In this document: in pieces, positions 13,331 to 23,663 of the stretch
Position numbering within the stretch: the stretch's first letter is position 1
Layout of the letters: each line of letters starts with the position of its first letter
NCBI RefSeq assembly: GCF_006345805.1
Contig: NC_042999.1
Span: 88,164,001-88,228,000 of the forward strand
Reading direction: 5' to 3'
Length of the DNA stretch: 64,000 nt
Origin: Octopus sinensis
Lineage: Eukaryota
Program-made: the position numbers and the translations under genes
Notes under the pieces: generated by a model
The model's database searches: none
What the model saw: the letters and a program-made list of their open reading frames with translations, nothing else
What the model was told of the DNA's origin: nothing

Positions 13331-13875
13331 TACATGGATTCCTGTGAATTAAATATGTTTAATGAAGAGGCAAATGAATTTACTGCCATCGCACCCAAAA
13401 CAATATGTTACCCATTCATTAGCAATATCCCTTGCCTTCCAGGTAATGCTAAACAAATCTCAATACAATGGTTACTTCCTTTTCTTTCATCATTTTTCAC
13501 ATACTGTTTTCTTATTTTTTCCCCCATTTATTGAAATCTTTTCAAACACCTTAAATAATATCGTTATATATTTTTCTTTGCTAGAATTTAATGAAGTAAT
13601 GTTTTCTTTATCAAATATCTGAACACTAACTTGCTTATTGTTTTTTACGAGGATGGCGGCCCTGAGTTATTATTTTCAGCCAGTTCTAGTTTATTATGCC
13701 AAAATGTCTTATACAATTGCTTAGTGATTCTTCCATCACTAATTTGGTAAGTATAGTGAAGTTTATGTTTCACTAATCAAGGCTTAATGCAACAGAAATA
13801 TATCTAGAATTGTTTTCCATACATAACGAAATAATTAAAATATTGTGAATCATGGGATAATAATAATTTCAAATG

Positions 13876-14076
13876 TTGGAACAGGGCCAGAAATTTCCGG
13901 GGCGGGGTGAGTTGATTTCATCGACCCCAGTGCTCAACTGGTACTTATTTTATCCACCCCAAAAGAATGTAAGGCAAAATCGACCTCGGGGAAATCTGAA
14001 CTCAAAATGTAAAGACGGACGAAATGCCGCTAAGCACTTTGTCCAGCATGGTAACGATTCTGCCAACTAGCCGCCT
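13876..14076 (-). mobile_element. SINE family B' copy (tRNA-derived, alternative 3' tail)
   Basis: Reverse complement matches head and core of 24857-25090 (ggcggc..tggcagaa; gagttcagatt; ggggtcgat) but ends in ccccgccccggaaatttctggcc. Confidence 0.8.
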
Positions 14077-15511
14077 TTAAATCATGAGATAATATTGTTT
14101 TTTTCCGCGTAATTATATCCTGTTAGTTCTTTTTTTTTTAAAGCAATGTTTTTAATGTGTTAACGATAACTAAACAATGCCTGGATTTGAAGAACCACTG
14201 CTAGGCTTTAGGAGAAAATGTCAATGTGCTGATATTCGTATCACTATTGCCTTTGTATTCTCAGGAAGTAAATGAAAGAAATAGATTAAATTCTGTTTGA
14301 ACACTTTACTATGTTCTTCCGTTGATATTCTCGGGAGGTGCTGAACTTAATTTAGCACTATCTCTCTATATATAAACGGCAGTTTGTCTGTGCGTGTTTC
14401 TGTGTGTCTGTTTTCTCGTACCCTCACCCTGACCACGGCTTTCAACCGATTCTGATGAAACTTGACACACACATAGCCCAATGTCATAATTCAAAACTAA
14501 CGCAGCGAAAATTTTGAAAAGTTCCCCCAGTTCTGAAAAAAATTGATAAATTCGACATGGGGTCGAGAATCATAAACATGAACCACAGACTGTCTAGGGG
14601 ACGCAACTCGAGAATCTAAGCTTTTTTTATGCAACGCATTATCTATGGTAGTTTTCACAACTTGCAATCGATTTTCACCAAACTCATGGTGAAGCTTAAT
14701 GTTACCCTAAGAAACTCAATTCTGACGTTAGTTTTCCATGCAATACCTTACCATCAGAAACAATCGATAAAATCATGCCATTTTGGGAAATCGCGTTCAA
14801 ATTCAAGATGACATATTTTCGACAATATCTTTCACAAATTGGGAGGAATCTTTTTTTTTTTCACAACGAGCATCATGTCTGCTCCAAGGAGCTATATAGC
14901 CCTTTTTATTCCAATAGGATACATTATTGGAAAAAATCGGTTAATTTAATCATATGTGGCACACATAGCAAACAAATTTGTGTATTAAACACAAACCAGA
15001 CTGTCTAGGGGACGCAACTTGACCTTTTTAGCTATCGATAATTCGATCCAACCAATTCCTACCAGGAAGAAATTACATTCGAGACTTTACCCCCAACACC
15101 GCCACTTCTGCTAATAGCTGCTGCAGCCGCAAGTTATTCGAATACTTTTTTTGTTTAAACTTTCTTTATAACTACCACCCCAAACGTTTTACCTTCAATT
15201 TTTGACGTACCCTAACGGTCCTCGGACGCTACTTGCAAACTCTTGGTTTATTATAAACCACTTTTGTCGTGTGCATCAAAAAACTTTTCCTTTCGTTTGT
15301 TCAGTTTGATCACTTTTGACTTTTTCGTTGTTGTCACTCACATTGCTGCCAGCTTTTTGGCCGTTTTTGTACTTTTTATACATTTTCGGATACTTACCCC
15401 ACGAGCTCCTTTTTATTACACCTTTACCAAACACATTGCTATCCATCAAAATACTTACCCCACGTGTTCCTTTTTATTACACCTTTGCCAAACACATTGC
15501 TATCCACCAAA

Positions 15512-17542
15512 ATGCCACCCAAGAAGAGAAGGACCCTCCTCAGCCCTCGGACGGCCAAGGCATCGGCTGCTAGGGCTAGAAGGGCACGCGAGACCCACGA
15601 GGAAACCGCCTTGCGCCTCTCGCAAACAGCTTCCCGTTATGCCGCTGCTCAGGCATCTGAAACTACTAGCGACCGTTCTACCCGACTTGCAAGGGTCGCA
15701 GCGTACAGATCTTCCCTCCGCTCGAGGTTGACGAAAGAGCAACAGTCCAGCCAAAACATGCGGGCTTCTTACTGTGCTTCCATCCGCAGAGCTCGCGAGA
15801 ACCCCGAACAAAGGGCCATTCGGAATGCGGCTAACGCCACTAGCACCGCCAGGACACGATCTGTCGAAACCTCACAGCAGAGGAGAACTCGCCAAGATGC
15901 TGACGCCGCAAACAAAGCCATGGCCAAAGCTGCCGAAACACCTCAACAGAGGAGAGCTCGCCAAGCTGCTAACGCCGCAAACACAGCCAGGGCTCGATCT
16001 GCCGAAACTCCACACCAACGGACTATTCGGACATCCAGACATGCCATTAACACTGCTTCTGCTAGGGCTTCAGAGGGTGTTGAGGCGAGAGCTGAAAGGC
16101 TTTCAAGGGATGCCACTGCTACCGCTGTCGCACGTGCATCTGAATCTGCTGAGGCACGGTGCACTCGACTTGAGAGTATCAACAAACGTCGGGATATCAT
16201 TCGTGGTGTACGTACCCCTGCCCCCGCTTTCTGGTTGTCACTAGCATTCAACTACGACGCCACAATTAACTTCTCCTTGCGTGACGACATCAAGATAGAG
16301 TCAATGACAATTGTATGCCAGTTTTGCAAAGCCAAGAAATGGCCCGGAGAGCCACCTGGTTTGTGCTGCTCTGGTGGCAAAGTGGACCTGCCACCCCTAC
16401 GGGAACCACCTCAACCACTGAAGGATCTCGCGGCGGGTTTAACCCCCGATTCGTCACAATTCCTTGAAATAATACGAAAGTACAACTGCTCATTCCAAAT
16501 GACCTCTTTCGGGGCCAGAATTCCTCCCAGAGAAGGCTGGATGCCTACTTTCAAAGTGCAGGGACAGGTCTACCATCTTATTGGGTCACTTCTGCCAGAC
16601 GAGATTCAGCAGTCTTCTTTCCTCCAAATATACTTCATTGCCGACTACAACCACCAGGTTGATGCACGCCTTGGAATAATACCGGGTACAAGCTATGTTC
16701 CCCGCAAAGACATTCTTCTCCGTCTCCAAACCATGCTTCATGATATCAACAGCTACGTCTGCAGCTTCAGATATGCCTTGGACAGTGCTCCATCTCCAAA
16801 CTTCACCGTTGTCATTGATGCTGATAAACGACCCCACGGGGAGCACGAACGCCGTTTCAACGCACCTGCGTGCAACGAAATTGCCGCAGTCATACACGGA
16901 GAGCAACACAACAGCCGTGACATAATCATCTCCTCCCGTGGTAACAACCTACACAGGATCAGCGAGACTCACAGATCTTATGACGCGCTTCAGTATCCAT
17001 TGCTTTTCCCTTATGGGGAAGACGGCTACCACTTCGGAATTCCTTTACGGCAGCCCTCCAATCAAACTACTGCGGCATCAAAGACGGTCTCCTGCAGGGC
17101 GTTCTACTCATACCGGTTCATGGTCAGGGAGGGTGAGTTCAACTTATTGCCCCGTTGTCGTCAGCTATTCAACCAGTTCGCCGTCGACATGGCCGCAAAA
17201 ATGGAATCGGAAAGGCTGCTATACATTAAACTTAATCAGACCAAACTTCGCTCCGACTCCTACATTCATCTCCGTGACGGTTTGCAACAAGAAAATGACC
17301 CTCGCAACATCGGCAAGCCATGCATTCTACCCTCCACCTTCACGGGAGGACCGCGATATATGCGTGAAAGGACCCAAGACGCCTTGACCTACGTGCGCAT
17401 TTACGGCCGGCCGGACCTCTTTATCACCTACACGTGCAATCCCAGCTGCGACGAAATCACTCGCGAACTCCTCCCGGGTCAATCTCACACCCATCGACAC
17501 GACATCGTTGCTAGGGTTTTCCGTCTGAATTTGGCAAAATGA
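15512..17542 (+). CDS. Helitron RepHel, N-terminal part (23-aa repeats, Zn finger, Rep motif 1)
   Basis: 676 aa from ATG 15512 (MPPKKRR). CQFC..CC zinc finger; Helitron blocks NCSFQMTSFG, FKVQGQVYH, YDALQYPLLFPYGEDGY, LPSTFTGGPRYM; motif 1 PDLFITYTCNP. Confidence 0.92.
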   Translation: MPPKKRRTLLSPRTAKASAARARRARETHEETALRLSQTASRYAAAQASETTSDRSTRLARVAAYRSSLRSRLTKEQQSSQNMRASYCASIRRARENPEQRAIRNAANATSTARTRSVETSQQRRTRQDADAANKAMAKAAETPQQRRARQAANAANTARARSAETPHQRTIRTSRHAINTASARASEGVEARAERLSRDATATAVARASESAEARCTRLESINKRRDIIRGVRTPAPAFWLSLAFNYDATINFSLRDDIKIESMTIVCQFCKAKKWPGEPPGLCCSGGKVDLPPLREPPQPLKDLAAGLTPDSSQFLEIIRKYNCSFQMTSFGARIPPREGWMPTFKVQGQVYHLIGSLLPDEIQQSSFLQIYFIADYNHQVDARLGIIPGTSYVPRKDILLRLQTMLHDINSYVCSFRYALDSAPSPNFTVVIDADKRPHGEHERRFNAPACNEIAAVIHGEQHNSRDIIISSRGNNLHRISETHRSYDALQYPLLFPYGEDGYHFGIPLRQPSNQTTAASKTVSCRAFYSYRFMVREGEFNLLPRCRQLFNQFAVDMAAKMESERLLYIKLNQTKLRSDSYIHLRDGLQQENDPRNIGKPCILPSTFTGGPRYMRERTQDALTYVRIYGRPDLFITYTCNPSCDEITRELLPGQSHTHRHDIVARVFRLNLAK

Positions 17543-20382
17543 AGGATTTGATAGTTAAGGGTCAGATTTTCGGGCATGTCAGGTGCCACATGTTTTCGGT
17601 CGAGTGGCAAAAGAGGGGCTTGCCACATGCTCACATCTTAATTTGGCTCACTCATAAAATCGAGACTAATGACATTGACAAATTCATTTCTGCCGAGATT
17701 CCTGACCCCGATGAGGACCCCGGACTCTACGAAATTGTCCGCACTACCATGGTACACGGGCCCTGTGGACCAAATTACGCCAACACACCATGCTACAAAA
17801 ACGGATTAGCCTGCTCAAAGGGATTCCCTAAACGGTTCACTTTGGAGACTCAAACAGGCGGCGATGGGTATCCGCTGTACAAACGAAGGAGTCCAGCCAA
17901 TGGAGGCCGCACGATTACGGTTGGGCGACATCAAGTGGACAACAGCTACATTGTCCCCTACTGTCCTCTCCTGTCGAAGATATTCAAAGCCCACGTCAAC
18001 GTTGAGTTCTGCAGCTCCATCAGGTCAATACAATATGTCTGCAAATATATCAACAAAGGCAGCGATGCTGCCATGTTCAGCATCCAGAGGACCACCAGTC
18101 GCGACGAAGTGTCCAACTACTTGGCTGGCCGGTACCTCAGCAGCAACGAAGCGTTTTGGCGCATTTACGGCTTCCCGCTCCATCAGAGACACCCGGCTGT
18201 GGTGCAGCTTGCTGTACACTTGGAAAATGGACAGCGGATTTACTTCACAGAGCAAAGTGCTGTGCAGATAGCCACCAGCCCTAAAGACACAACGTTGACT
18301 GGTTTCTTCAAATTATGCCAACGTGATGACTTCGCTCGAACGCTTTTGTACCCACAGGTCCCATCGTACTTCGTGTGGTCTAAAAACACCTGGGTTCGAC
18401 GGAAATCCGGCAAAAACGTCGAAAGCTTCCCAGGCGTCAAGTTTGACTCCTGCCTGGGTCGAGTTTACAACATCCCGCCAAACCAGCAAGAATGCTTCTA
18501 CCTCCGTCTCCTTCTACATGAGGTCACTGGTCCAACAGGTTTCGCCAATATACGTACCGTCAATGGGGTTCTGTGCGACACCTTCAGGGAAGCATGTATG
18601 AGACTTGGCCTTCTAGAGGATGACTCCCAGTGGGACGCCACGATGGCAGAGGGTGCTTTACTGCAAACGCATTCGGCCCTACGACATCTTTTCGCAATCC
18701 TTCTTCAAAAATGTCAGCTTAGTGATCCACTAAGTCTCTGGATGAAATACAGGGATGACATGTCGCACGACTTCTTACGTACGGCTCAGCAACACTGCCC
18801 TTCCGCCGAGATCACGTTCACCAACTTCATTTACAATTTTGCGCTCATTCAACTCGAAGACGCTGTCATCGATATGGGTGGGTCTGCTTTAACAGAGTAC
18901 GGCCTTCCACCACCCACACGTGAACACGCCAATGTTATGTCTGCTGAATTGTTACGCGAAACTTCCTACTGCATTGAGGAACTGCACCAGTACGTCCAAG
19001 ATAATGAACCACAGCTGCTTCCAGACCAGCGCATAGCCTACAACACCATCGTAGACTCTGTCAGACAGCAACGTGGGGGGATTTTCTTCCTTGATGCACC
19101 CGGCGGCACTGGCAAAACCTTCGTCACTAAACTAATTCTGGCAGAGGTCAGACGCAACACGGACATTGCCCTGGCTGTAGCTTCCTCTGGTATCGCGGCC
19201 ACGTTGCTTCCGGGTGGCAGAACCGCCCACTCTGCCTTCAGACTCCCGCTCGATCTGGCAAAGTCCGAGTCACCTATCTGCAACATCGCCAAGAACTCAG
19301 AACAGGCCGACATTCTGCGCAGATGCAAACTCATCGTATGGGACGAGTGCACTATGGCACACAAAGGCGCCCTTGAGGCACTGGACAGGTCCCTGCAAGA
19401 CATCAGAGACTCTACGGCCCCCATGGGAGGATTAACTTTACTTCTTTCAGGAGACTTCAGGCAGACTCTACCTGTTATTCCAAAAGGAACCCGTGCCGAT
19501 GCCGTGCGCGCGTGCCTTAAGTCGTCAGCTCTTTGGGCACATGTGCGGCCCTTGCACCTACAAACTAACATGCGCGCGCAGTTAATTGGTGACAGCGGAT
19601 CCGCTGCATTCTCCAGGGACCTCTTATCGCTCGGTGAAAATAGGATGCTGTCTGATGCGGATGGCTACGTTCAATTGGACTCACTTTGCACCATTGTCGA
19701 CACCCCTGCTAGCCTCCGGGACGCTGTCTTCCACGACCTACAAAACAATTTACGCGACCTAAAATGGCTGGCAGGCAGAGCTATTCTCGCACCCAAAAAT
19801 ACAACCGTCAACTCCATCAATATCCAGCTACTTGAAGCTATTCCTGGTGATGTCCACGTCTACAAATCTATAGATAGGACAGCAGACCCCGCCCAGCTTG
19901 CCGATTATCCTGTTGAATTCCTGAATTCACTTGAACCGCCAGGCCTGCCACCACACATCCTGAAGTTAAAAGTCGGTGCGCCCATTATGCTCATCAGGAA
20001 TTTGGTTCCACCTAAACAGTGCAACGGCACACGTTTGGTTGTGAAACATTTGGCACCACATTTAATAATGGCCACAATACTTACCGGTTGTGGGAAGGGA
20101 GAGGACGTCTTCATTCCACGGATGCACCTTCAACCGTCGGGCGCTGACCTACCAATCCACTTCAGGCGTTCTCAGTTTCCTGTTAAACTCTGCTTCGCAA
20201 TGTCCATCAATAAATCCCAAGGCCAAACGCTACAAGTCGCTGGGTTACATTTGGGCGAACAGTGCTTCGCCCACGGTCAACTCTACGTGGGCTGTTCACG
20301 CGTTGGGAGGCGCAATGATGTTTTCATGTTTTCGCCCAAACGGACAGCTAGGAACATCGTATATACAGAAGTATTCCAGTGA
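17539..20382 (+). CDS. Helitron RepHel, C-terminal part (HUH Rep motifs 2-3 + PIF1-family SF1B helicase)
   Basis: 947 aa. EWQKRGLPHAHIL (HUH), YVCKYINKG; helicase motifs LDAPGGTGKT, ASSGIAA, WDECTM, GDFRQTLPV, SINKSQGQTL, HGQLYVGCSRV. Confidence 0.95.
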   Translation: MKDLIVKGQIFGHVRCHMFSVEWQKRGLPHAHILIWLTHKIETNDIDKFISAEIPDPDEDPGLYEIVRTTMVHGPCGPNYANTPCYKNGLACSKGFPKRFTLETQTGGDGYPLYKRRSPANGGRTITVGRHQVDNSYIVPYCPLLSKIFKAHVNVEFCSSIRSIQYVCKYINKGSDAAMFSIQRTTSRDEVSNYLAGRYLSSNEAFWRIYGFPLHQRHPAVVQLAVHLENGQRIYFTEQSAVQIATSPKDTTLTGFFKLCQRDDFARTLLYPQVPSYFVWSKNTWVRRKSGKNVESFPGVKFDSCLGRVYNIPPNQQECFYLRLLLHEVTGPTGFANIRTVNGVLCDTFREACMRLGLLEDDSQWDATMAEGALLQTHSALRHLFAILLQKCQLSDPLSLWMKYRDDMSHDFLRTAQQHCPSAEITFTNFIYNFALIQLEDAVIDMGGSALTEYGLPPPTREHANVMSAELLRETSYCIEELHQYVQDNEPQLLPDQRIAYNTIVDSVRQQRGGIFFLDAPGGTGKTFVTKLILAEVRRNTDIALAVASSGIAATLLPGGRTAHSAFRLPLDLAKSESPICNIAKNSEQADILRRCKLIVWDECTMAHKGALEALDRSLQDIRDSTAPMGGLTLLLSGDFRQTLPVIPKGTRADAVRACLKSSALWAHVRPLHLQTNMRAQLIGDSGSAAFSRDLLSLGENRMLSDADGYVQLDSLCTIVDTPASLRDAVFHDLQNNLRDLKWLAGRAILAPKNTTVNSINIQLLEAIPGDVHVYKSIDRTADPAQLADYPVEFLNSLEPPGLPPHILKLKVGAPIMLIRNLVPPKQCNGTRLVVKHLAPHLIMATILTGCGKGEDVFIPRMHLQPSGADLPIHFRRSQFPVKLCFAMSINKSQGQTLQVAGLHLGEQCFAHGQLYVGCSRVGRRNDVFMFSPKRTARNIVYTEVFQ

Positions 20383-21304
20383 AGACAAGACATTGCAACG
20401 TCCACATGCACCTTCGTTCCCTGGAGGGAAAGGACTACATTGGGATTAGTCGTTGCCTACTAGGGGCTCTTACATACCCGGGCAACGCCGGGCTATGCTG
20501 CTAGTATGTTAATAAAACATTTGTCATTATGCGGCGTGCACGTATCTTACATATAATGTAATTGGATATTAATCAAAGGATCTATGTTTAATTTTGATTA
20601 TGCATTCGCATTTTTTCTTTTTATCTCTGTTTTTCAGGGATGTGTAGAAGATTGAGACAATTGAAGGTCGGTTTGCATGCTTTGCGAAATTCAGTTCAAT
20701 GCTTCATTGATCTGAATTCAAATCCTAATGGAATTGACAGTATCATTATACATCTAGTTCTATAAAATCAATTCCATTGATTAAATATTTAATTTTTTCT
20801 TGTTATGTAATAGAAATATTACTTCTATATGAATATTAAATTTTTGAATATGTTTCTGTGATTGCGTCTCTTTCTCTATTTTTATGCTATGTGCTTATTT
20901 CAATGTTTTGAAAAAGAAAAAATATTGGAATATGTTAGTCAATGAACATGACCCAAACTTTGTAATGTTTAGGTAACTGAACCAAAACTTCAAATGCTTA
21001 ATTCATGCCAACTCAAACAAAACAAATATATCAGCTTTTGATTGTTTTCCTTGATGCGAGACAAAAATAAAAAGAAACATTTGCAAAATTATTCGCTTAA
21101 CTACTATTAATATTTTAAATAATCTTCAGCCAATATTTTCTCCGTAAATTGACGTATCACTGAGTTATAACCATGATTCTTATTACAATTACTACATGCA
21201 ATGTTTTATTTTAATTAACATCATATTACATCATATAATTCTCAAGAATACCATGAAATTGCATTAAAAAGAAAGCTTTCCGATGATTTAGATATTCTAC
21301 TGCA

Positions 21305-21336
21305 TGGTAGTAGTCCTGGTGGTGGAGGTAGTAGTG

Positions 21337-21395
<59 letters not shown>

Positions 21396-21422
21396 TGTAG
21401 TAGTAGTAGCAGCAGCAGTAGC
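21305..21422. repeat. (GTA)n microsatellite
   Basis: Direct inspection. Confidence 0.95.
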
Positions 21423-21634
21423 AAGTTATCTGTTATCCGAATAAAGCTGTTATGAAAGTAATGTTTCACTGATGCGGAATATAAAATGGATCCCGAATTA
21501 GAGAGCTACGATAATGAGTTCAAACTTCTTGGGGTGAAAGAGAGAGGGAAGAAAAGAATGGGAAAGAGAGAAATGCACATACTCACACATGTATGTACGT
21601 ATGTATCTATGCATGCATGTATATATATATATAT

Positions 21635-21687
<53 letters not shown>

Positions 21688-22109
21688 ATACAGATCGAAT
21701 GATATATATACACACACACAAACACACAAATATATACTTACATTGTGTATGTCCGGATGTCATTTGATAGGCAGAGGCGATGGAGAGACGTTTAGAATGC
21801 GGCGCTATGTTTGCTCCAACCCTTTGTGATTTGAGATCAATTACCACCGAGGTCAACATTCGCTTTCATCCAATATAAAGCACCTTCCCATTAATGCTGC
21901 TGAATCCCTCTCTACTTTCAGTTCTCACATTCGATTTATTCCACCATAAGGGGGAAATGGCTGAATGTTTAAGAAATTTACATCGCACTTCAGAGGTCTA
22001 GGTTTCGATCCTACTGTGTGGCATCCTGGAAATTATTTTTCTATAACCCCGGTTAAAGTTTATCATATGTGTGAAACTGGATAAATGGAAACTGTGTAGA
22101 AGCCCGTCG

Positions 22110-22433
22110 AATAAGTCTAACATCGTCATACTATCACGCTGATTCCACCTGAGAATTAAATAAAGTTACAGCTGTCGAACATTCAGTCCATTTCAATGAC
22201 ATCGGTAGTTCGGCTGATCAAACAGCTGAAATCTCTGACATTATCCATTGTAATAGTGTCTAATCATAAGGTTACATCTGGGTGGGCTAATGATTCCTCC
22301 GATCATGCATTTCGAATCAATTTCTTTCACCTCCTCTTTACATCCATCTTCTTGTGTCCAAAACCCGACAGATTCCGAACTAATCACAACACCGAGTCCT
22401 TTACCAGAACGGCGGTACTCTGGAATACTCTTG
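22110..22433 (+). pseudogene. Possible decayed CR1-like LINE 3' fragment interrupted by the mariner
   Basis: RTNHNTESFTRTAVLWNTL resembles the RT..Y..SF.PRT..LWN.L C-terminal block of CR1-group ORFs. It stops at the mariner TSD. Confidence 0.4.
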
Positions 22434-22435
22434 TA

Positions 22436-23663
22436 TTAGGTTGTCAAGAAAGTTCTTGCGGTTTTTAACCTTTAAATTTAAATGCACATATCTCGGTTAA
22501 AAAAAAAACTTTATTAATCGAAATAACATCAGAATCAACACACTTTTGCCAACGCGAAACAAGTTTATTTAAGCCAGTAGCGTAAAAATCCTGCGCTCTG
22601 ATGGAAATGAAGTCGTTGAAGGCGTGTTTGGGATCGTCTTGGTTTTTGAAGCATTTCTCACGCAGGAAGTTGTCGAGATGCTTGAAAAAGTGGTAGTCGG
22701 TAGGCAAGAGGTCTGGTGAGTATGGCGAGTGAGGCAAAATTTCGTATCCCAATTCGTTCAACTTCTGCAGGGTCAGTTGTGCGACATGCGGCCGAGCGTT
22801 GTCGTAGAGAAGAATTGGTCCTTTTCTATTGACCAATGCTGGCTGCTGTTGTCGGAGTTTCTTATGCATTTCATCCATTTGCTGACAGTACTCTTCTGCC
22901 GTAATGGTTTCGCCTGGATCTAATGCCTTCTTTTGGCGCAACTTTGGCTTCGGGGAGTGCCATGGAGCTTCGTCGGTATCCAACCACTGAGCTGAGCGTC
23001 GCCGGTTGTCGTGAAGAATCCACTTTTCATCACAAGTCACAATCCGATCGTGAAATGGGTCGTTCTTGTTGCGTAAAAGAAGGGAAGACGACACTTCAAA
23101 ACGGCGATTTTTTTTTGGTTGTCGTTCAATTCATGCGGCACCCATCTCTCAAGTATTTTTGTTTTTCCAATCTCTTTCAAGTGGTTGGAAATTGTCGTAT
23201 ACGTTACGCCTAATTCAGAAGCAAGCTCTCGAACAGTTGTGCGTGGAAGGCTCTTAGTTGATCGTTCGTTGTCAACGTCTGATGGCTGGCCACTACGCTT
23301 ATCATCTTCAAGACTCTCGTCACCGCTACGAAATTTCTTGAACCACCATTGTACTGTACGCTCATTGGTGGTTCCTGTGCCAAACGCATCGTTGATATCG
23401 CGAGCTGTTTCAGCAGCTTTTCGGCCTAGCTGGAACTGGAATAAGAAAATTGTGCGAATTTGCGTTTTGTCCATGTTGTATTCATCGTTCCGGAAAATAA
23501 GGCCTCATTATTCGAAAAGAAAAAAAGTAACACGATTAGATAGAACGAAAAACGGGCTTTAAAATGATATATAAAGTCAAAGTAATGTATCGAAAATTAA
23601 TTTGAAAATACATAATTTAAAACCAAAATTAAAAATTCCGCAAGAACTTTCTTGACAACCTAA
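22436..23663 (-). mobile_element. Mariner transposon, cecropia subfamily (Hsmar1-like), defective
   Basis: Perfect 26-bp TIRs TTAGGTTGTCAAGAAAGTTCTTGCGG (22436-22461 / 23638-23663), TA on both sides, 1,228 bp. Confidence 0.93.
22465..23474 (-). pseudogene. DD34D mariner transposase pseudogene
   Basis: MDKTQIRTIFLFQFQLGRKAAET.., WVPHEL, TCDEKW, YDNARPH, PYSPDLLPTDY (34 residues between D2 and D3). Frameshift at the T9 run 23108-23116, in-frame loss of the VMVTIWW.. block and an altered C-terminus. Confidence 0.9.

Larger units (their letters stand above)
14361..20504 (+). mobile_element. Autonomous-type Helitron (Helitron1-like), 6,144 bp
   Basis: 5' TC at 14361 preceded by A. 3' hairpin CCCGG(gcaacg)CCGGG at 20477-20492, 8 nt, then CTAG 20501-20504 followed by T. 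A|T target, no TSD. Internal RepHel ORFs. Confidence 0.93.

Noticed and set aside
14452-14462. CTGATGA in the Helitron 5' region as a hammerhead
   Set aside because: No stem II or separate GAAA; part of a subterminal motif.
17530-17545. Canonical programmed -1 ribosomal frameshift
   Set aside because: No X_XXY_YYZ slippery heptamer in frame (G GCA AAA).
15243-20449. Alternative-frame and antisense ORFs inside the Helitron
   Set aside because: Shadows of a GC-rich coding region; no recognisable motifs.
20610-20672. Micro-exon just after the Helitron
   Set aside because: Good acceptor but weak donor (GTCGGT), no coding signal and no support.
22465-23474. SETMAR gene
   Set aside because: No SET domain; flanked by TIRs and TA; frameshifted, so a free mariner copy.
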